Shown one piece after another: positions 58,501 to 64,000 of a stretch of DNA of 64,000 nucleotides. Source of the DNA: Epithemia pelagica (lineage: Eukaryota > Protista > Bacillariophyta); contig OX337233.1 in the NCBI GenBank assembly GCA_946965045.2, forward strand, positions 2,418,001 through 2,482,000, in the 5' to 3' direction. Made by a program: the position numbers and the translations under genes. Within the stretch, counting starts at the first letter, position 1, and each line of letters starts with the position of its first letter. The notes beneath the pieces were generated by a model. That model did not search any database. It was not told where the DNA came from and worked only from the letters and a program-made list of their open reading frames with translations.

Positions 58501-60711
58501 AATCATGCCGAACGGAACCAATAAATGGTTATTGTGTTTCCGAGCTCGTATCACAAATTGGAACAATGCATCGAGAGTGTATCGTTTCCGGAGGAAGCGT
58601 TTATGTTTCGATGGTGCGTCGTCTATCTTTTTCGTGTAGCCACTTATCCCCATGATAGCGTTGAATTGTTGAGGACATTGTTTTTCAAATTGTGTGGCCA
58701 ATTCGCGTAGCTCGTACTCGGAAAGAAATTTGTCGAAAATATTGTTGAATCGGCCAAAACAGTCATCCAAACGTTCGTTCAACCTTTCATCTAGGACTCG
58801 GCAAAACTTAGCTGCAACTTCGGACTCAATGATGGGGGGGAACACCAACGGTTGAGAGGCGGCTTTGTTCCTTTCTGCTGAAAGCTTTTCTTCGTACTCG
58901 GATTTTGTTGTCACTGCGTCCTGTTGGCTTTGGCATCGTTCCCAGACACTCTTTAAGTCTGCCATCATAAAGCGATCCCCTGGACTTTCTTGTATAATAC
59001 GATGGAATAATGTCAGGCGATCATCTCCCTTGGCTTTGAATTCTTTGAAGATAGTCAACCAACTCCGTTCGGGATGATAGTCAGCCTGAATGAAAACACC
59101 TTGTGGGTAGGTGTACAATTCAAACCAAGAGATCAGCTTCTGGATACAATCTTGCGGTGGAAAGGCTATATTGCAATTGATGGCGGAGAAAACAGGAAAC
59201 CGGAGGTATATGCCATTGTGATTGAACTCGGACATGGCTTCCCGAACTTGGTCGTAGGTTTTCACGCCCTCCTCAGTAATTTTCTTCTTTGTTGCTTGAT
59301 TGGTATGGACCCACCCAGTCAGTTGCTTATATCGTCGTCCCTGCAAAGATACAGCTGGTAAGAATTCGGACTGGAACGTTTCCCGCCAAAGAGTCAGCAA
59401 GCGCTTTCCGTAACGTGGAGGAAGGACTTCTTCGTCAAAAAACAATACCACCGGTGTTTCCTCCTTGATAAACCAGATATCCTCGATTAGTAAAGTACGC
59501 AATGCAAAGGATGTTACGACATGAATTTGATTGTTTTGTTGGTTTGCTGAGTTAGGCGAGGTGGTTTCATCTTCAATAGATTCGCCTCGCTTCCTTTTGT
59601 TGCTGGATTGTCGGTTGTAACGTCGCTGTTTATTCTTACCGGTGGTGGACCGAGAAACACCCGCGGTGAAGTTCTTGGCTTTTCGCATCAGTTGCGAACA
59701 ATGGTTTGAGACTAAGGACAGAGCTTGGGGGTTTTCAGCTGAAGGAGCAACAATAACCAAAGGTGGATGGAGCTTAGTCGATTGGCCGGGATTAAGGCAA
59801 GGGAGGGGTGGATGCCGACGTAGAGGAACGAGATATGTCCCTTCCGAAATTGCTTTTACCTTCACTTTCAAATTTGGGTATTGGGCTTGGGCTTGTGTAC
59901 CACGGGCACGTCCTTGCAGCAACGGTACTGACGGTCGGGCGGTGGACGTTGTGTTACTGTCGGCAGAAGGTTCGGAAGGAGGGGCAACAGCAGTAGCAAC
60001 AGTGTACGCAGTTACAAGGTCATTGTTGGGGTCGTTCGTTGAGGTTGGATTGTTGTTATTGTTGTTTGTTGTCGTAGTAGGAACATTAATGTGTGGGTGG
60101 TTGTTGTTTGGATGTTCCTCCTCAACCACTTGTGAGATATTCAATGCTTTGGCGGGCGACGATTGAGTTCCAAACTCGACTTGTCCCAAAGAGTGACGAC
60201 GGTGTAGAAGGTGGAAGGACAGGGAAGATGCACCTCTGTTGCTTGTTGGTTGGGCGCTGGAACCAACAGTAGAGGTAGGCCCACCTGGAGTAGCTTGGGA
60301 CGGCAGAGAATTGTAGGTGAATTGAAGTCGATGGGGCGCTGGTTGGGTGCGCTCTGACGGTATTGTTGATAAAGAACTTGCAGCGGCACTGTCAAGGAAG
60401 CCTGAGGGTTCCGACGCTTCTTCGTTTGGTTCGAGTTGACCTTGTGCTGTGGTATTCCTCGATAAAGGGGTTGCGTAGAAAGGAAGAGACGAGGTGGTGA
60501 CTTGGACCGATGAAGGAAATGGAAACGGATTGGATGGAGAAGGGGCCGGAGGATTCGGCTCTTGTGAAGATACGTTCCGAGTTTTGGCGATGCTGTTGTT
60601 TCTGCCTTCTTGCGTTGACGCTCGGGACGCTTCGGATGCTTCTTGCGCCGCGAAAGCCTCTCGGGCTTGCTTCTGAGAGAGACGGTGTTTTCGGTGGGAG
60701 GATGTTGACAT
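55507..60711 (-). CDS. Academ-type DDE transposase (DUF6589-like), 1734 aa
   Basis: LCVFDNLQ (D), VLDETTKVGATGVV, VVGDGLS (D), TGDLHVRFH, HGD, ALDQIMERL (E). Low-complexity N-terminus, acidic C-terminus, ORF intact. Confidence 0.78.
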   Translation of the reverse strand: MSTSSHRKHRLSQKQAREAFAAQEASEASRASTQEGRNNSIAKTRNVSSQEPNPPAPSPSNPFPFPSSVQVTTSSLPFYATPLSRNTTAQGQLEPNEEASEPSGFLDSAAASSLSTIPSERTQPAPHRLQFTYNSLPSQATPGGPTSTVGSSAQPTSNRGASSLSFHLLHRRHSLGQVEFGTQSSPAKALNISQVVEEEHPNNNHPHINVPTTTTNNNNNNPTSTNDPNNDLVTAYTVATAVAPPSEPSADSNTTSTARPSVPLLQGRARGTQAQAQYPNLKVKVKAISEGTYLVPLRRHPPLPCLNPGQSTKLHPPLVIVAPSAENPQALSLVSNHCSQLMRKAKNFTAGVSRSTTGKNKQRRYNRQSSNKRKRGESIEDETTSPNSANQQNNQIHVVTSFALRTLLIEDIWFIKEETPVVLFFDEEVLPPRYGKRLLTLWRETFQSEFLPAVSLQGRRYKQLTGWVHTNQATKKKITEEGVKTYDQVREAMSEFNHNGIYLRFPVFSAINCNIAFPPQDCIQKLISWFELYTYPQGVFIQADYHPERSWLTIFKEFKAKGDDRLTLFHRIIQESPGDRFMMADLKSVWERCQSQQDAVTTKSEYEEKLSAERNKAASQPLVFPPIIESEVAAKFCRVLDERLNERLDDCFGRFNNIFDKFLSEYELRELATQFEKQCPQQFNAIMGISGYTKKIDDAPSKHKRFLRKRYTLDALFQFVIRARKHNNHLLVPFGMIFALAQYACGHGMLATQIPIWFGIAVSKRTMERRVAECLRSYDDKVKRSIRNVTNLLCVFDNLQDGRRLSFQFGQSAIYTRVTARFVMAMYLEKMPSWVYSFHARPILTYLQQDIPAPYQMPAFECDRNTDASLVDSIASVFRGTYKSDLERDGNPFDCSGTRVRCYVQMVSWCAELRTIKRCLSIRRHAGHDVDYTLQPVQFATCPRRAIVSATMNRLRKNRDTNVFTMARQFPSRVVRTWRHIPPVAELLMLPVSVLDETTKVGATGVVLDFMTLHGLLDWDENSNIYKPGASWQKKWLFVVGDGLSIDRIFQFFDDVMAITDSKTVSFRQAYRQAITLATVIHRVVPITGDLHVRFHMLESIYRLFYGGFLQCFQHRLKWKRLDPVDVSNSYRLCHRLVALVYEELERLMLDVFISECIKSEKLHDILQGDNGAEALAVHIAKTYLAFLSREVRESAYWLRRYLCNFLLVTKKYMRFLEAEQHGDAIAMEAMVVDYLPYFYITKKRNSFNTQIRLMDVYYHGIPISILQQLRLNRTKRQRAGSVPSVFQKESALDQIMERLMPFFKGMNHLGTEALFIKVSQMLTACQRAKHFVEFYTCGRADGQSELAERLREDGSQGQDEEKVADPGKRNKKTTYPRSRLNRVLVTELLVLTKCHEVPRGSSRVMDGDHFWRALDMVTLKVQKKLRRCGGDGKAEADTTHQYVLCQAQAMMGPLSKAKDRSVDEEAIDREEADAMDVDKDDEDEEINLEDAMKEEDGEKSVGDRSYFSEGEETVVVDVIDETTLFGTQPSVEMVSDNEEDADNNEEGGENEEECENNREGNLQADDEQEINETQIEDIIEEEAAELMDDRLDGDDSPSQRDEEEDEDCASQEGNEEGETSDSVTNKNTDGLREKASLKGMKVVSMNATASQDVVALALEAIAEKNVIMAKAKDAERKEREDHFLRYKLYMRLEEMEDDRESLGWMDAMSGNNSDNSMLDRSLDALERFKNSVN

Positions 60712-60891
60712 TGAGAAGGTCGTTCACAGACACCTTACCTCTACCACCGTGATGAATGTGTGGAGGTAATATGTGTGTTTTGGGATTTTGTATCAAGATC
60801 GAGAGCTCCAGGACGCGCCGTGGGGGTGAGTATACGAAAGCCCTTTTTAAGTGCGACTCAATACTCGCCCGGCGCTTGGGGGTAAGCGTAA

Positions 60892-62295
60892 CCCTCGGTA
60901 TCAGTGTCCACTGCTTAGCTGTTTTTTGTCTGTGCCACCTTCATAGGTTCCCAAGTGGACACAGACAGAAAATTTCCTTTTTGACGCAAATGGAAATGAC
61001 TAAATTGCAAATTGGCACGCATACCCAGCTGGAGTTTTCACAGTTCATGAAACTGACGCATGCCCAGCAAGCGGCCCTGCGTGGATGACGGTTGCAGAAT
61101 GCGCCATCCAAATTCCAAATCCCCCATAAAATCACACAGAGGCCATCACCCACAGTGGCATGGCATGAATTGTCGCCTTTCATGCAGTTGAGGTAAGTTT
61201 GAACGTACAAAAATGTCTCCATGACAACAACAGCTCTTGAACTGTCATTCTAACTTCTCCCTCACACTTGTATTCGTTTTTCTCTTCTGATATTCAACAT
61301 TCGACAACTGTCTCTCTCTCTCTGTCCGCTTCATTGAGAGTGAATGTTTGTGCCTATGGAATGTCAATTCTCCATTCGAGCCTCGGCTTAAAATTGGAGA
61401 CCACATAGAGCTTCTTTCTTTGTATACTACTCCTAGGAGTTTCTATCAGAAGTTTATTTCTAATCTTTCATTGATTTTGTAAGATCGTGCGTGTTATTGC
61501 CGTGCTTTCAACCACCATGACACTCTGGTGAAGGTTTGGGGCCATCTTGAAGCAACTGATCGACTCTGTGATCTACGAAGACTAGTTTGAGTAGGCCTAG
61601 TGGCAACAAGCTGCCTTAGTTTGTTGTCATCTCTAGGTCTATGTACTTGAGTATCCGACACACAAAGAAAGGTTCTTGATCTGTGATCGACATGGAGATG
61701 GACTAGGCGAAGCACAATGATGAGAGTAAAAATCCATGCTACAAAGATAAGAACACAACCAACAATCAAGGAGCACTACGATTAGAGCAAGGAAAAGTTG
61801 TGGCAAACGGCCTACAATGACTTGTCCTCCGTTTGATTGCGACAAAATCAAAGGAGCACCAACCATCAGCATTAACAGGGACAAAGATTAATGAGATAAC
61901 GTGTGAGAAAACTACGCAGGACATGAAAAAAGCTAAGAGACAAACAACAAGCAACAAGAGAGAAAAACCAACCAAAATACTGCTTCAGGTCGCAAGGATT
62001 CATAAAGAGCTCGCTTCATGATCAATGTCGAATGTCGATGCTTTTGACACCGCGTGAGATTTTTGTGACGAGACAAGAGTCGTGTGAAAGGATTCCAAAT
62101 TTGAATCGTGGTCACGGTCACAGGAAGATGCTAACCGCCAACTGTCACTTGCACGCCGGCATTTCCACCAGCACGAGGAACTACATTGGTGAAAAGGACA
62201 GACAAAAAGTGAAATTTTCTGTCTGTGTCCACTTGGGAACCTATGAAGCTGGCACAGACAAAAAACAGCTAAGCAGAGGACACTGATACCGAGGG
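60892..62295. mobile_element. Non-autonomous piggyBac-like element (1.4 kb)
   Basis: ~85-bp TIRs CCCTCGGTATCAGTGTCC...CACAGACAGAAAATTTC with 2 mismatches; flanks GTAA (60888-60891) and TTAA (62296-62299); no transposase ORF. Confidence 0.8.
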
Positions 62296-62344
62296 TTAAA
62301 ACCGGAAATCAAAAATTGAACATGGAAATTAACGCCATTCGTAA

Positions 62345-62397
62345 TCGAGTAGTAAATACACTACTCCGGTAAAGTCGAGTAGTAAATACACTACTCC
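62345..62397. repeat. Two direct 23-bp repeats, each a hairpin (GAGTAGT-AAATAC-ACTACTC)
   Basis: tcgagtagtaaatacactactcc at 62345-62367 and 62375-62397. Confidence 0.9.
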
Positions 62398-63482
62398 CAT
62401 ATCTTCCTCTCTTTGTATGATACTCATTATTGACGTCATATCATTTTGAACCCTTTATTCTTGTAGATTTTGCCATTTGGAACATTTTGATATATGATAT
62501 TGTACACCGATTCCTTCGTTATCGCTCTCGTCGTCTCGTTTGAAAGTTCAACGATTGTCCTCATTTTTGTTGTCTGACTCCAAAGGTCCATGTTTGATTG
62601 CTGATTTCTTTCTCCCGAAGTACAATCTAGTGCCAACCTTCTCCATTCTGCTTCGTAACATTACAACGAACTGAAATACAAAAGGCCATGTCGTCAGCTC
62701 CTTCCGATTCCATTGAAGATACGCAAACGTCCACAAGCGCCTATTCGCAACCATTGCTTGACTCATCAACCCAAGACAACGAATCAAGCCAAGTGTCATC
62801 AGTGCCTGCTCCAGTCCCTACCTAGTAGAGATTCATCAATACACGCTCTAGAAGAGCCACAATTGATTACCAACTGATACCAAGGTTCTCCACGGGTCAG
62901 AGAACAAAGGAAACCCAAGGGTTCTATCGTAGGGATAGTCAGGACACTGAAGACGTGATGATATGGTAATGTTAATGATTGTGAGCTTTAGGACTACGGT
63001 GTGTGTGTGGGTGTGCAGGTCTGGTCAGGGTGCATGACTGATATATTCATGGCGCTGACAGGACTGGTATGGTTGGAGTAGACATGGATATTGTGTATTG
63101 GAAGTATATGCACTTGTATATCATATACCAATGCCAACAGCTCTTGCTTTGTCATGATATAGGTAGTTTCCTTGGCGCGTTGCTGTTTGCATTCTTTGAT
63201 TTGTGGGAATAGAGATATGGTCTCGCGTGATCGTGATTCGTGCTTCGGTTACTTAGGCCATTGGGCTAAGTCGTGGAGGTGCGTAGTCGGATGTTGATTG
63301 CGCGCGCTTGAGAATAATGGGCGCGCACGTGTTGGGCCATAATTAATATCCGATCGGTCGCTCATAACGCGTGCATTGCGAGCATGCCTTGGCCGAAATT
63401 AAAAGGTCTGCGAGCATGCCGTCATTCTTTTCTCACTTTTACGAAAATGTCATCGGATGCCATAAAATACTAGCATCAGTCG

Positions 63483-64000
63483 ATGAGTTGTAGATTCCAC
63501 CACAACCTAGTTGTTGGTGAGAATTCTGCCACTACCCAACGTTCACGACAACCACCACGACTCCGTTTCTCATATGCAAAGCGAAAGCTGTACGCACCGC
63601 ATACATTTTGGCTTGATCCAACGTACACCGACAGGTTTCAGCAGTCGTTCCCTTCTCGCGACATGAGAACTCCGTTGGTTCTCGAAGGGCAGATTATCGC
63701 TTGTCCCACAACCAAAAATGGCCATATGTACGTGGTTTCATGGGACCAGCGTAATTTCCCCACGCTAAATCCTCAATGGGTGCGCCGCCAGTTCACTTCG
63801 TCGCCTTATATCAAGGAGAAGCTCCAGCAATTTATTGTGGACTTCGACGAAGCAACACTTGCACGGAAAAATGAATCTCAGAGGAATAACGCAACCGCAC
63901 ATCCAGCGACAGTGACAAAGACAGCCACTGCACCTCAACAAGGAAGATAACCACAAGTCCCTCTATAAAGGACCTGATGGACTTCGACCTGGGGTCTCTG
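63483..64000 (+). other. Possible degraded ORF running off the window end
   Basis: 155-aa ORF with globular-looking core (LEGQIIACPTTKNGHMYVVSW); another frame stays open to the window end; no recognisable family. Confidence 0.3.

Larger units (their letters stand above)
53120..60884. mobile_element. Full-length AcademH-type DNA transposon (transposase + RecQ-like helicase)
   Basis: TIRs TACCCCCAAGCGCCGGG(T/C)GAGT; perfect 10-bp TSD AGCGTAACCC at 53110-53119 and 60885-60894; two convergent genes. Confidence 0.88.

Noticed and set aside
60941-61975. Cys-containing and hydrophobic short ORFs inside the piggyBac-like element
   Set aside because: No DDD transposase or cysteine-rich-domain pattern could be recognised.
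62345-62397. CRISPR-like hairpin repeats
   Set aside because: Two copies with a 7-bp spacer, eukaryotic context and no cas genes.
62400-62830. Possible decayed - strand gene
   Set aside because: Multiple stops and no identifiable family.

Overview
Nuclear DNA of a pennate diatom, inferred from short GT-AG introns, signal peptide + F-initiated transit peptides on plastid proteins, and diatom-type LRR/PDZ families. It is gene-dense. Housekeeping genes: DXR, plastid ClpP, P5A-ATPase, PRP4 kinase, NDUFS6, Qc-SNARE, TAF11-like, CDK10/11-like, NSUN5, a Rad51 paralog, a BT1 folate transporter and a Sec14 protein. About 14 kb (~22%) is DNA transposon with readable ends. The main result is a full-length, young AcademH-type transposon at 53120-60884. 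It has TA...TA termini, ~22-bp TIRs, a perfect 10-bp TSD (AGCGTAACCC), a 1734-aa DUF6589-like DDE transposase and a convergent RecQ-type helicase. I know this lineage from animals and fungi only, not from stramenopiles. A 121-bp MITE with the same TIR family (24380-24500) duplicated the start codon of a toxin-like NTPase-REase gene. The AcademH copy inserted across the end of an older piggyBac-like element, ~185 bp upstream of a Crinkler-type Ubl+HNH effector gene. Also present: an intact two-ORF PIF/Harbinger element, a TA-flanked non-autonomous element inside a hairpin-rich 3-kb island, a JMJD7-like pseudogene and a rearranged duplicate of the TAF11/CDK 5' region. Exon boundaries were read by eye; family assignments rest on motif recognition, not database searches.
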